A stretch of DNA of 64,000 bases from the human T2T-CHM13v2.0 reference genome, Homo sapiens (GCF_009914755.1 NC_060936.1), one strand, 5' to 3'; shown: positions 13,380 through 26,851, counted from the stretch's first letter. A program made the numbers and translations. Notes: generated by a model from the letters alone, not told the origin.

Positions 13380-13810
13380 TTTCTTCGGAGCGATTGTTTA
13401 GTATTCATGGGGCGACGCAATCTCTCCCACATCTGCTTAGCACAGCAAGTCCTGTCATATAACTGTCTCCCGCACTGTCTGTCCATAAAGAATGTCTCGG
13501 AATTGGTGTAATTCAGAGAAATTAATGACGACTTTCCGCGGGACGGCTCCCTGGGGGATGATTAACACTTCATCGTCCATCTGATGCGCGGGGCCCAGCA
13601 CTCCATCGCGAACATTTGGGCCGTGGCCAGCCGCATTAAAGGTTATTACGGAAAACGCGACCTGCAAACGGGCGAGAGGCATGATGGACCAGGAGGGGCG
13701 GGGGCCGAGGGCGAGGGCGGGGGCGGGGGCCGAGGGCGAGGGCGGGGGCGGGGGAGTCAGATCGGAGCTGCCCAAGTCCGAGATTAAGTTTCCCGAAGTT
13801 TGCGCACCTG
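13380..13810. promoter_or_regulatory. CpG-rich element with HOX-type sites and a GC-box array
   Basis: CCATAAA, GTAATT, ATTAATGA, TGATTAA, TTATTACG; GGGCGG array at 13695-13754. Confidence 0.55.
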
Positions 13811-14447
13811 TGGGGTCTGAGGCTGAAGGAGACTGGGTTTCTGCTTCAGTGACGGCAGGACAGGGAGGGTGTTGGGGAGCCGCTCTCCCTCCACCTCCAC
13901 TGCAGGGGCTAGGGAAGGGAATGGGGACCCTTTTCATGGGTGGGCACATTGCTGTTGGAGGTTTTCCCTGCCTTTTACTCCTCACAGCATTACTGGGTTT
14001 TATTAACCTCACCTTACAGGTGATGAAACTGAGGCTCAGAGAGGTTATGTAATGTTCCCAAGGTAACACAGCTTGTTGAGACGGAGGCAGTATTTGAACT
14101 CAGGTCCTTGTCTCATGAGCTCTTGCTCTTTCCACTACACTAGGGGGCAGAAGTTCTTATGCTTTTATGTGTCTACCTCAGCTTCCTGCACATAGGTGGC
14201 AGGTGTTCGAAAACGTCTGTTGCATGAATGAATGAGTTACCTTTGCAGGCTCCATTTCCGTGATCTGGACCAGAGGTCCAGAGATCTGGAGGCAGGGAAG
14301 AGGATATGGTAAAGAAGTTCTAGTTTGGGCTAAGAAACTCAAAATAGGTTTCCTGTGAGTTTACATGCATTCTGCTGGACATTCTAAATCTCTAGAATCT
14401 AGAAGCCTGGGTTCTTGATCCTTAGTCAGTAGAAAGGAATAGCAGAG

Positions 14448-14710
14448 GATGTGCGCATGAGTGTGAACAAGTGTGTTTGATGAGTGAGTATGTGTAAGTT
14501 TGCATGTGATGTGTGTCTGTAAATGTGGGTGAGTTTATGAGTATGTGTATGTTGCATGTATGTGAGAGTGTTTGTGATGAGGGTGTGTGTGCATATGCTT
14601 GTATTTTGAGGTTATGTGTGTCCATGTATGATGCATGTATGAGTATGCACCTGTGTATCTGCATGTGTGCAGGCGAACGTGTGCATATGTGTATGTGTGC
14701 ATGTGGTGTG
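14448..14710. repeat. Degenerate (TG/TATG)n low-complexity tract
   Basis: Direct reading. Confidence 0.85.
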
Positions 14711-15122
14711 CCTTGGGGGAGCTGGAAGACTCAGGTGAAGATATCTTTGATTTATGCAAATCTCTAGCAGGTTCCAGCATGTGGTATGTGGTGATGCTGA
14801 GGTGGGAGGCCAGGAGAGGAAGGCTGTTCCTACTTGGTTGGGGAGCCTGAGAAGTGTGTGCTTTTGCCCTTCCAGGCACAGGGGGACAGCATCAGGGTCC
14901 GGGGTCTGAGATGGAGACTAGGATCTGAGGCCTTCAATCAGGGTTTGAATTGGAAGTGCTCAGAGGCTCTGGTCTGACCTGGGAGGGTGATAAAGAGGTG
15001 GGGTCAGGACGGGAGGCTGCCTAGTCTGTGAAGAATTCAGGCCTACTCACTTCTCTCCTCTGCCACCCACTCCACAGGTTTTGACCATTAGCTTCTAACC
15101 AACCTGCACTTCCTAACTCTAG

Positions 15123-15931
<809 letters not shown>

Positions 15932-18900
15932 GGCCACTAGTATATATTCTTAATGCACTTCACACAAGCTGAGGTTTTCAGGCCACTTGTGTTGGGAAGT
16001 TCTTCCTTGAGTCTAACTTCAGATCCTCTTTGTCATGTTTGATGCCCAATAGGCCCAGGCTAAGTTCGTGAAACTGGGGCCTTGCACCTCCATCCCTCCA
16101 CCACAGAAATGGAATAATTTCTTCTGGATGGAGGAGTGTGTCTGGAGTATAGGGACACTGAGAGAAGGAGGACTAAAGCCTGGCAGGTCACAGATGAGTC
16201 AGATCATTCTTTGGGAGGAGGGCAGTCATCAACAGGACAGTCTCAGAAAAGGGAGGTCAGAGAGCATCAGTTTCAGCCTGTACAGACAGCAGCCAGAGTC
16301 CTCAGAGGGGGGAAGATTTACCCAGTGTCCCCTGTTATGCAGTAGCTGCTTCTGAAAAACCCAGGCCCCTGACTCCTGGTCTAGGAGTCCTTCTTGTGCC
16401 CTGTTTGGAGGATCCTATATTCTGTTCTTATTCTCCTGGCTATGTGGGGGTCGGGGAGAGGGAGGATATTCAGCTAGGCCCAGGTGCTGCCCAGCTGTGC
16501 CAGCTGGGTCTTGAGGCCTCATTGCCTCACATGCACCATGCCTGTTCCTTCAACTCCCCATTCTCCCGCTGCAGGGTGGTGTGGTCTCTAAGCTCCACCT
16601 GAGCAGCCATCCACGTATTTAGTCGTCCCCTGACCCCAAATAGTTTCATACATATAGTCTGTCTTCAGCCTGAACTATCTCTCTCCTTTTTCCAGACCAG
16701 CCTCTCAGCATTTTACAAGATTGTCCCATACTGTCCTCCTCTAGGAAGCCCTCCTTGACTGATCCTCCTGGTTCCGGATCCCAAATGTTTCCTTTCGAAA
16801 CCACTGCCAAGGTGCTTGCAGGCCTCTTCCTGTTATCTTGCCTGTTCCCCACATACTGGCACCTCCCTGTGAGCAGGGCTGTTTTTCTTCTCTCTAGGGA
16901 TCTGCCTTCTTTCTTCTTTCCTGTCTTCCAGGACCCTCTTCCCGCACCAGGAGAATCAGTGCTGCAGGGGAGATTGACTGAACCCTTCCCTGTTTAATGT
17001 TTTCTGGGAATGGCAGGGATAACGGAGTCCCGTTGGGTCTCATGGTCTCATACTGAGGAGGAGGAGGTGGCGCAGACCCTTTCCCTGACCGGATCTTGGT
17101 GGCTTACTCTGGTGTAGGCTCCCCCAACCCCAGCTCCTGGTACTTCTGCTCTGGTTGCCTCTGGGCAAGTTAACAGCTCTAGGCTGCTGTGCTGGAGCCC
17201 CTGGGGCGCTGGGTGTGGTGTGGGCAGCGGCAGGCAGCCCCTCTGTGATTCTCAACTTGGGCTTCTCACCGCACCTGACTGCCTGCTCCCCCACTTCCAG
17301 GTTCGTGTTTCTCCGGTTTGTGTTTCTCCGGTTTCCCTTGCACCTTCCCTTTCCTTCTCCCTCCCAATCCTCACCCAGCCCATTTATCCGAAGAGCTGGA
17401 GTCCTTCCAGAACGTTTCTCCTTTCCTGGGTCCTTCGGGGTTGGCAGCCCCCAGGTGGGGAAGGGGTGAGTGGAGAATGGGTCCTGGCTCTAGTGAGGCA
17501 CCAGGTCTAGCTCTGGATCAATCGATGCTTTGGCTGCCACCTTGTGGCAGATACGGAGAACTGCAGGATTGGGGTCCCTGCGCTGAAAGTGGGATCTTCT
17601 GGAGAGGGAGGAGGAGATGATGGCAGAGGTGTACATTATGAGGGTAGCAAACCTCAGATTTCCAAATTGACATTGGGGTCTCCTAATTCCTGACTGACAG
17701 GGAAGTAGAAACCTGCCAAGTAGCAAGGACACTTAAGGATGGAGACAGAGAATTAAAACACTGTCCTTCAGTCTCAAACCTATTGTTCTAATCCTCCTTC
17801 CCTAAAACAAAAACAAAAACAAAAACAAAAACCCTAAAAGGGCAACAGCCTGAAACTGAAGCAGAAGGAGCTGAGGTCTGATCTGCAGAAGTTCCTGTAA
17901 GTCCCAAAGTGTATTTGGATGCTCTGCCTGTGACTGTTGCACGGCTTTTTCATAGCTCCTCTCCACCCCCAGTCAGTGAGTCTCCCACCTTCTCCAGGCT
18001 CCTTAATCCCATCATGCTCAGTTCATTGGTCCTATTCAGAAAATCCTAGGTTCCTTAGCCTTTCTACCCAATCCTGGGTTGTGCCTATGACCAAGATGCT
18101 GATCTGGGAAGTCCCTTCTCTAGTCTAACTCCAATTCTTCCTATAGCACTGGAAATGGAGAGAACCACCATGCAGCTATCAGAGCTGCAGATGGGAAGCT
18201 GGGACCCTAAGAAAGTGGGGAAGATGAGGAAGGTTCTGAGGGAGGGCGGCTCTGCCACAGTTTCTCCTGCCATCTTCCTCTCCCCTGCCCCCTTGGATCC
18301 TTGGAGATGAAGGGGATGCGACAGAGTGGCCCACCTCACTGGAGAATTCTCTCCACTTGGGCTCCAGGATTCATAGGTACTGGGGGAAAGCGGAACTTCT
18401 GAGTTCCAACCATGAGCCTTGTTATTCTCCTCTGTAGAGTGGGTATTGGGGAGAGTGAAGATGGGGGTATTTGTCTCTATCAGGCCTTCTGGTCTCACTT
18501 AAGAGTCCTTCTGAAGTGTTTTTCTTTCTTTCCACTTAAATCCCAGGCTCTCAGAAGCTCTTATAATGATTCTTGGAGCTCCTATATCACTCCCCCTCAG
18601 TCCAGCTCCCTTCTCTGGTGAGCCAAGGGTCACCAAATCCTCCCTGCCATTCTCTCTCTGCTTCCCCTGGCAGTTCTTGGAGATCTTGGCCAGGAGCCTC
18701 GGCTCTGCAGGTCCCGGCGCCCTCCCTCTGAGGTGCCATTCCTCCCCTGCCTCATTTGCTGCCACTGACCTTACTGAGTTAAATTAAAAAGCAATGTTCT
18801 GTGTGCGGCTCCAGCCCTGTGGAGCTTGACTCTGGGAAGACGAAGACAATTACTGGCCCCTCCATCTCCCTCTCATCTGGCTGCCTTATAATTTTTCCCC

Positions 18901-20521
18901 CCGCTGCCTGGTATGCAACATTTATGTTTTTAATAACACCAGAATGGTTTTGACCTTGGGAATTCATAGCAGAATGGGCACTGCAAGAGGCCCCGACGTG
19001 ATTGGCGTTTGTCTCAGTCCTTTGCAGGGACAAGACTCTGGTGCCTCCTGGATTCTGGGGAAGGTGTGTAGGGGCTGCACCCCATGCGGTTTAAGAAGAA
19101 ATCTCAAAAACCAGAGTGGACAAGGACATGGGAAGGGGGGAAACAGAGGGGGAGGGTGTTGTCTTTTTAGGTTTCCCCTGGAGGATGAAAGTTAGAATAA
19201 GGTGTTTGAGAGGTTGGGATGTTTTTCTCCTCTTGTTTTATAGGAGGAATCCTAGATTGGGGATGGCATGGAATACGTGTGTGTGGGGGGGCAATGGGGA
19301 AGGGGTGGTGTGTGATGCAAGTGTATACACACACTCAGGCCATCAGTGCACAAGCTTGCACATATACCCCCGACACAATTGGATCCATTTCTCCTCATTT
19401 ACTCTCAGCTTCTCTAGCTCTTTAGCTTCAAGGAGAGTAGATAAAATGAGGACTAGCCAGAGGACTGAGGTCAGACTGTAAGTAGAACTTACCAGCTGAG
19501 AGTAAAGGGGGCAGGGACAGAGTCCTCTTCTGGCTTGTAGACAGATTTTCTTCCCAATCCCTCCTACCTTTCTTCCTTTCTCTTTTCTATGCCTACCTCC
19601 CTGGGTGGCTCAGCTTTTGAGATGAAAGGAGAACCAGTGGCAGCAAGAAGAATCTGGAGGAGGCATGGGTTGGTCAGCAGAGGGACGGGAGAGGCAAGAA
19701 GCAGTGGTGGGACCAGCTGAGGGGATGCCTGGGAAGAGAGAGCTGAAGATCACGTGCAGGCCCTCTCCTCCAGGTGTAAAGGGCTGTGGTAAGATGGACC
19801 AAGGTTAGAACTGGGAAAGGGCTTCTGTGTCTACAGCTTTGAGGAGTTTCTGGAACTCCAGTGAAAAGGCCAAATTATAAATGAAGAGAAGCTTCTTTTG
19901 CAGTTCAGAAAGTAGGAAGAGAAGGGACAGAGGGCCATGTACCTGAGGATGAGGGGTGCACAGCCAGGTAGCTACAGCACACATCTGTGTCCTGGGTTAA
20001 CAGTCTTGTATGCACCAGTTCCATATGTAAACATATGGAACACAGTAGCTTTGGCATTGATTGTTTAAGCCAGGGATTTGAGATGCTGTCTGGTTGTGGC
20101 CTGTAGGGTATGGTTTTATTTCAGGAGCTGCAGCTGACACAATGGGAAGACCCCTGCGCAGAGAACCAAGAAGTCGTGGGTTCTAGTTCTAGCTCCAGTT
20201 ATCAGCTGGGACCCTAGGGAATGTCACGGAGGAGCGTGGGTGTCATCTGCTATACCATGAAGGAAAAGCCACAGGGTCCTTCTGTGCCAGCAGCCCCAGT
20301 GCTAGGAGAACGAGAAATGGAAGGGAGGCTGAGGAGGGCGATGGCATTTCAGGGACTAGAGAGCTTGAGAAGGGATGCAAGGATTCCTGAATTCTGAAAT
20401 TCATGGGTTTTTGCTCGAGCTAAAGACGTCCCCGGCCTAGGGCAGCCCAGCCTGGCCTTGCCTGGATTCCAGACAGCATCCAGGGCCGACGTCTGGATCT
20501 GTAGGGAGCGCTGTTCTCTGC

Positions 20522-20610
20522 CGCCCTCCTGTGGCCGCTGAGCCCTTCGCAGATCGCTGCTGAGAAGATTCCGCTCCTCCGCAGAGCCGCGTTCCTCGCC
20601 CCCTGGTGGA
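20522..20610 (-). promoter_or_regulatory. Two tandem CTCF motifs (candidate insulator / loop anchor)
   Basis: Minus strand GGCCACAGGAGGGCG (20522-20536) and TCCACCAGGGGGCG (20597-20610) in a local CpG patch. Confidence 0.75.
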
Positions 20611-22469
20611 AATTGCGTATATTACAAGAAGCGATCTTGGGTTTCTAGCCGCAGCTTTCCCCCAACAGTTTCCCTAGTTTTGGAGGCATTCACAACCTCT
20701 TCAAAGCTGGGAAGGTCTTCCGGAGATTTAACACTCTATACCTTTGCCTGAAGTTTTAAGTTCTGGTTTTGGAAAGTGGATAGTGGAGACAAGGGGCCGA
20801 GATTGAACAGAGGGCAATTTCTCTTCTTCCTCTTTGGGTTTCAGCCTACAACCCTGTATTCCTAGGGTCACTCAGAGTTTTAAAATCAGGGTCTGGTGAC
20901 ATTCCTGGAGAAAATGGATCTGGAGCAGACCAGGCATTGTGCTTCTGGGCTTCTTGGAAGTTGCACCTGAGCGCAGTCCGTCAGTGTCGGCAGGGAGATG
21001 GATTGGCAGGAGCCAGGAGGCAGGAGGCAGGCATGATGGAGGGAGATGGCATATTTGACAGATGCTGACAGGGCTCGTTATTTGCTAGCTTTGGAATCCC
21101 CTCCCACCCACCAGGCTGCCCTTGGCCCTCCCCTCCCTGCACTCAATGCTCATTAGTGATTGCCTGTCTTTGGGGGAGAAACCCAGTGGGCCAAGCTCCG
21201 TGGGGGTGGGCAAGGGAGGGAGAGGAAGAGGAAGAGGAAGGGGCAGGGACACAAGGCAGATGCTGGATAAGTCGTGGTTGGAATGACTGGGATTTGGAGC
21301 TGAGATTTGATGATTACTGGGATGCTTGGCAGGTGTAGCTGGGGATATTGTCCAGGGGCCAGATACTGAGTTACTGGGGGTGGTGGGTCGGGAGGCATAT
21401 TAAAAGGAATTGAGTTCCACTGATTTAGGCACTGATTTGGGGAGAACTGATAAAATAGGAGCTGACCATTTTACTGGGGACTTACTATGTACAGGGTAGG
21501 TCTACAGGTGCTATGAGGGGATAAAAGACGCACTCCACCTATTTCCTGCTCCCCTTCCTGTGTTTTGAGACCTGCCACATCTCCCTGCACTTGTTGCTCC
21601 ATGTGTGTCTGAGGGGTGCAAGGTGCTGCCGGGCTGGGGATGTGGAGACAACTCTCCCAAGCAGTTTGTGACCTTCCCACACCCCCTTCCAGTAAAGCTC
21701 CTCCAGTCGGCTTCCCACCTCTCCTCATTCCTTTTCTCTTAGAATGTACAAGACATGTAGATATCTGGGTGGGAGAGGGGGCCCTTGGGTGCCCTCCCAG
21801 AATTTCCAGTGGCTCCCAGTGGAGGAACTGGGTTGGGGGCAGTGGTAAGCCATACTATCCCGAGAGGCCAGGGGAGCAGGCAGGGAGGGGATCTCCATTT
21901 GGAGTGTGGAGAATGTTCGATGAGGAGGAGAATGCTGCAGTCAGAGACCGCGCTGCATCCTAATCAGCGCTGCGGAGGCTGCACCGCGGGCCGTCAATCT
22001 TCCACACAAAGGGCCGCCCGCCCTCTTCCCTCTCCAAGCCCTCCGCGCCAGCGCCCCCCCAACTCCATCCCCAACACTGCGGGGCAGGAAAAGAGGCAGA
22101 GAAGGGGGGAGATGACGGACACACAGACAGGGACAGAAAGACCCAGTAAATTGAAGCCAAGATGGACAGAGTGGGACCCATAAGGCAGAGTGGGTCCCAG
22201 CACTCTGGAGATGAAGAGAGACGGACAGAGGGAACAGAGACACTGCCGAGTGGAAAGGGAAAGACAGAGGAGAGACAGACCTAGAGACAGGACAGAGCCA
22301 AGACAGAGGAGCATCCAGAGAGCAGACAGAAAGATCGAAGACTCACACAAGGCCAGAGCCACCCAGAAACCAGCCATAGCAGAGCAGTCACGGACACAGA
22401 GGCATGAGAAGGTCCCAGGCCCAGGGAGAAACTGAAAGCCATGTACCCCGAGCCAAAGGCACACTGACC

Positions 22470-22500
22470 CAGGGCCAGGACCAGGGCCAGGGCCAGGGCC
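22470..22500. repeat. (CCAGGG)n hexamer repeat
   Basis: Direct reading. Confidence 0.85.
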
Positions 22501-22709
22501 GATAATATACCAGAATGTATCAGTAGACTGAGAGAAGCAGAGAAGGGGAGGGAGAAGATGGGTTTCCAAGGAGAAAGGAAATGAGAGTGATGGTGGGGAG
22601 GCAGTAAGAAGGGTCAGGTAGAGGTTGCAGGGGGTGAGATGGGGATTCTGGGTTGAGGGCTCTGCTGGCCTTCCAGGGCCTGGGACTCAGGTGGGCGGGG
22701 AGGCCTATA

Positions 22710-23045
22710 TGTGTGAGTGTGTATGGGTGTGTGTGTGTTGTGTGTGTGTGTGAGCAGGAACCTGGCAATTCCAAGCTCTTCAAAATGCCAGAGTTGTCTG
22801 GTGCTGAACCAGACAGCCACACACCCTCCCTCTGCATGGACAGCTTGGAGCAGTTATGGTGGGGTGTAGGGGAGAGAACAGAAGAAAGATGGAAGTTAGA
22901 GAAAGACTGAGAAAGAAAAAGAATGGCAGAGCCCCAGCAGAGATCAAGGGGAGAGAAAATGATATTGAAAAAGGGAGTAGAGAAATTGGCAGAGGACAGT
23001 CAGAGAAAGACAGAGGTGGAGAAAGAAATATGATGGAGGCAAGAA

Positions 23046-23076
<31 letters not shown>
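22710..23076. repeat. Two TG tracts (22710-22752; (TG)n(TA)n at 23046-23076)
   Basis: Direct reading. Confidence 0.9.
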
Positions 23077-24539
23077 AAAGACAGGGAGCAGAGAGTGCCT
23101 CTAACTGCAGGAGGGCGAGAGGGGCACGGAGAGAGAGGGGGCTGTTGAGAGGGAGGCAGACTAAGGGGAAATGGGGAGGGAAGGCAGGCAGGGCACCTAT
23201 CTACCTGGAGATGCTGGGCTGGAATCAACCCAGCATCATGTTTACCTGATGAAACAACCCTGCAGTGAGTTGGGGAGGCAATCAATGAGTTTTTCTTTCT
23301 TTCTTTTTTTTTAGGGTGACCCTGTCATTTTCTTTAAGTACAAAGAACCTATTCCAATGCATGCTATCTCCTTTAACATAGCAGGTTTCAGCAACTGCTG
23401 CAGGTGCCTGGGTCATTCCTGGCAATTTCTCTTTGGGGATCACCTTTAGAGCCTGCAGTATAGCTCTGAGCATCTGCACCAGAGGCAAATTTGTATCCTT
23501 TAGGGGTAGATCTAATTTTTGAAAACAGCCTAAGTGTTAGCAATCAAGGCTGGAGAGTCAGGTGAGGACCCAGCTGGGGAGCAGTATTTCCAGTTAAAAA
23601 GAAGGTGAAAATGGGAAGACATAGAGGAGGGTGTGCCCTCCTCCAAAGTGGCTCTGAAAGGCAATCCTGAAGGGGAACCTTGCAAGATATGACAGAAGGA
23701 GATCTTCCAGTGGCTGCTTGAGGGCCAGTTTCATTTTTCTGTCTATTAAAACTGGGCAGTAATGTTCCCAGGAGCATTCACAACCTGGCACTGGAGGGAT
23801 GAGGCCTGGCATCTGATGATCTTGGGCACAGTGGTGCTGGCCTTGGGGATCTTACAGTCATCCTCCCTGCCAACATTATGTTTATAGGTGCAAAGTTACC
23901 CCGTTGACATTCACCACAGCAAAGATCAACAAGTGCAAATGACTAGGGCAAATTCAGAATCCAAGCCAGTTAGTTCATCAGGGAAGGCTGCTAGGAGTGG
24001 GGGAGTTAGAGAGGTGTGCAAAGAGAAACCCAACAGGGCATGCAATAGATTAGGAGAAGAGCAGGAGTACCTCTGGCTGATGGTGCTGAGGCAGGTGAGC
24101 AAACCACAAATGAGGCTGTGGACAGCTTTGCTAGCCTGGAGCAACGAGCTGGATTCAGGAACCAGCATGAAGGGGAATGGAAGGGGGCAGGTTTTGAAGT
24201 CAGGCTGGGTGATCTGAATTTGCTGAGAGAAACTGGGGCCCAATGGGGATGCACTAACGTGTCAGGTAGAGTGTGTGAGTGTGTGTGTGTGTGCACTCAC
24301 ACTTGTCTGGATAGGTGTGTACTTAAGTTTGCATGTTTTTTTCTGTGTGCGTGTGTAGGGGCATATACATCCAGGTGGCTTTGTGCCATGTGGCTTTGTA
24401 CCCCAGGCTCTTGTCTATCCATCTGTGTGACTGGCATGTGGCTATGCCTGAATGCGTTTGTTCATTTGTGTGTTTCCATGTGGTCATGTGCGAATGGTAT
24501 CTCAGTTGCTTTTTGTGTATTTTACTTGGCTACGTGTGG

Positions 24540-26170
24540 CGAAGGGCAGCGTGTGTGTTTTGCGCGCGTGTGTGTGTGCGTGCTCGTGTCTGCAGGAGGA
24601 GTGGGGCCGGCAGGGAGCCCTGGCTACCCAAGCATTGCCGTCTGTCTCTCTCCCTCCACTGGCTCCATCTGCCGTCGCTGAGGTCGTGACAAGGAGGCAA
24701 ACAGCAAAACGGCAAACAGCTACGGCGGGAGAAACAAGAACATTGTAAGCCCCGCGCAGACTGTCCCTGTGGAGGAGAAAGGCACATGAGCAGCCAAAGG
24801 GACGGACACTCACACACACACACACGCACACACTCACTCCTGCGCACACAGGCTGCTCCGCGGACACGCTTCACGGAGCAGGTGTGCCCACGCGCAATAC
24901 CCTCCTGGCCCACAGGCCTCCGCACGCACAGGACACACACACACACTCTCTCCTGGCCTCCCTCCCGCCGCCCCTCCTCTGAGCCCTGCGGCCCGGCCTT
25001 CCGCACCTCCCAACGCCTGCAGGGGTTGGGGGCGCTGGGGCTCGGGGCGCTCACTCGGACCTCGGAGCCAATCGCCAGAGATCTAATGGCTCCTTTGGCA
25101 GTGGGAAGGGGTGTGCGTGGGTGTCCTCTCCTTCACTCTTTCCCCAGCCCTGTCGCCTCCCACCCCCCTTCCGGCCGCGGCAGTTTCCGAAATCGCCCGG
25201 CGGCCGCGAATTCATTAGTGGGGGGCGGATGTAAACGCAGCGCGGTGGAACGTTTTAATTAGGCCTGAACAATAAACAAGCTAAACGAGGCGCGCAGGAC
25301 TCCCTGGTGGGCCCTCAGCCTCCTCCGCGCGGCGCGGACTCATTACGGCTGCAGCCAATTTCATGCCAGCGCCGAGCACTGGCTGGGCCGGGAGTGGGGT
25401 CGGGGGTGCGTGCGGGTGCGATCCGGGCCTGCAGGGTGCGGAGCGGGGGCGTCCCGGGGCGAGGGCAGCGGGCCGGTTCCCGCCCGCCCGGGGCCGCGGC
25501 TTCCGCATTTCTGCACCATCCACCTGCCTTTTTCAGTGTCCTTGAGATGACGCTCCCTCCCCACACCAGAGCGGCCGGCTGGAGAGTCTAGCTTGCTTTT
25601 TAGGGTCTCTCTCCCGCCTCTTTTCCTCCCCCGCTCCCTCTCTCCTTGCGGCTGACTCCAGCTCCCCCTCGGTGCCCGTAACCCTCCTTTCCTCTTTTTG
25701 CCGCAGTCTCCGTCTCTCTTCCACAGGGTCTCTCCCTCCCCCTCTCCCCGTGGTTGTCAGACTTTCTCCTGGACTTTCTCCGCCCCGCACCGCCCGCCCC
25801 GGATGCCGAGCGTGGTAGACTCTGCAGCCGGGCTCCTCGCTGCCCGCTGGCGCTGCCTACACCCCCTTGGGCTCCCCTCCAAGGTCCCCTCCGCTCGCCC
25901 CTCTCTGCCCGCTGCCGCCGCCGCCGCCGCCTTCCAGGCCTCTCTCCACCCTCTGTCTCTTTCTGCCTGGGTTCTTCCTTTGGGCCGTCTACCCTCGGGT
26001 TTCAGGTTGGGCATTGCTCCCGCACCCTACTAATTGGGGCTCTTCTGGACCGATCCAACCAGCGAAGTCGAATTTGGCTCGTGTCCTTCTCTCCCTTTTT
26101 TGCGAAGCTGCAGACACTGCTTGCTGGCCCTCCGGCTCTGCCGGGACTTCCCTGGTTCTAGGTGGCGGTG
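24540..26170. promoter_or_regulatory. CpG island
   Basis: About 1.6 kb of high GC and CpG density, with no coding exon. Confidence 0.9.
25914..25931 (+). repeat. (GCC)6 in the CpG island
   Basis: Direct reading. Confidence 0.95.
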
Positions 26171-26805
26171 GGTCTGTGGCTAAGTTTGAATCCCAGCCCT
26201 GGGCCTCACCATGTGAGTCTTAACCTGGGCTTGCTCAGCTGTAAAATGTAGGAAATAATTTTAGGTGCTTCATGTTGTGGGAATTAGCGCTGTGATAACG
26301 AATGTAACATGCTTGGCACATGGGACTTAGTCTATTAGCTCTTCCCTTCTGCCTTTCCTCAATCTGCTCCTCTCCCTAGCCTGGAGCTTTCTTAAAGGGT
26401 TTTGAGGAGAGAAAAACCAAGGTCACAGACTTTATAGGCCCCCCAAAATTGAATATCAGAAATTGTAAATGGTTCAACCTAACAAATGCACTAGGCTCTG
26501 ATTGCAAGAAGTGCTGCTGAGTGTGTACAAGAAGGGAGGACCGGGATTGGACTGAACTGCAGAACAAAGGAAACCATGTGGACTGGCACACTGGACTGAG
26601 CAAATTAAAACCTAAGGGACACGTCAACCCGCATTAGTCCTGCCTCAGCAGTATGGCTGCCCTCTTAGGGCTGCAGAGTCATGGGACTGTGTCCTCTTGG
26701 GGGCTGCAGTGGATCTAGGAGTCCAGCTCCCCCAAGACTCCTGCACCAAGGCAGGAACCAGACTCCTAGAACCTCATACCATCATACTTCTCTCCCATCT
26801 ATACA

Positions 26806-26806
<1 letters not shown>

Positions 26807-26848
<42 letters not shown>
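26807..26848. repeat. (CA)n microsatellite
   Basis: Direct reading. Confidence 0.97.

Positions 26849-26851
<3 letters not shown>

Noticed and set aside
13455-14069. 204-aa minus-strand Pro-rich ORF
   Set aside because: Begins in a MIR and runs through a GC repeat; stop-poor because of GC content
14870-14893. REST/NRSE-like GCAC...GGACAGC
   Set aside because: Wrong half-site spacing and poor left half
25200-25213. GCGGCCGCGAATTC (NotI-EcoRI, identical to a cloning adaptor)
   Set aside because: Sits seamlessly in a CpG island with no vector sequence or compositional break; most likely chance
24118-25262. Long Cys/Val- or His/Thr-rich ORFs
   Set aside because: Translations of TG/CA repeats
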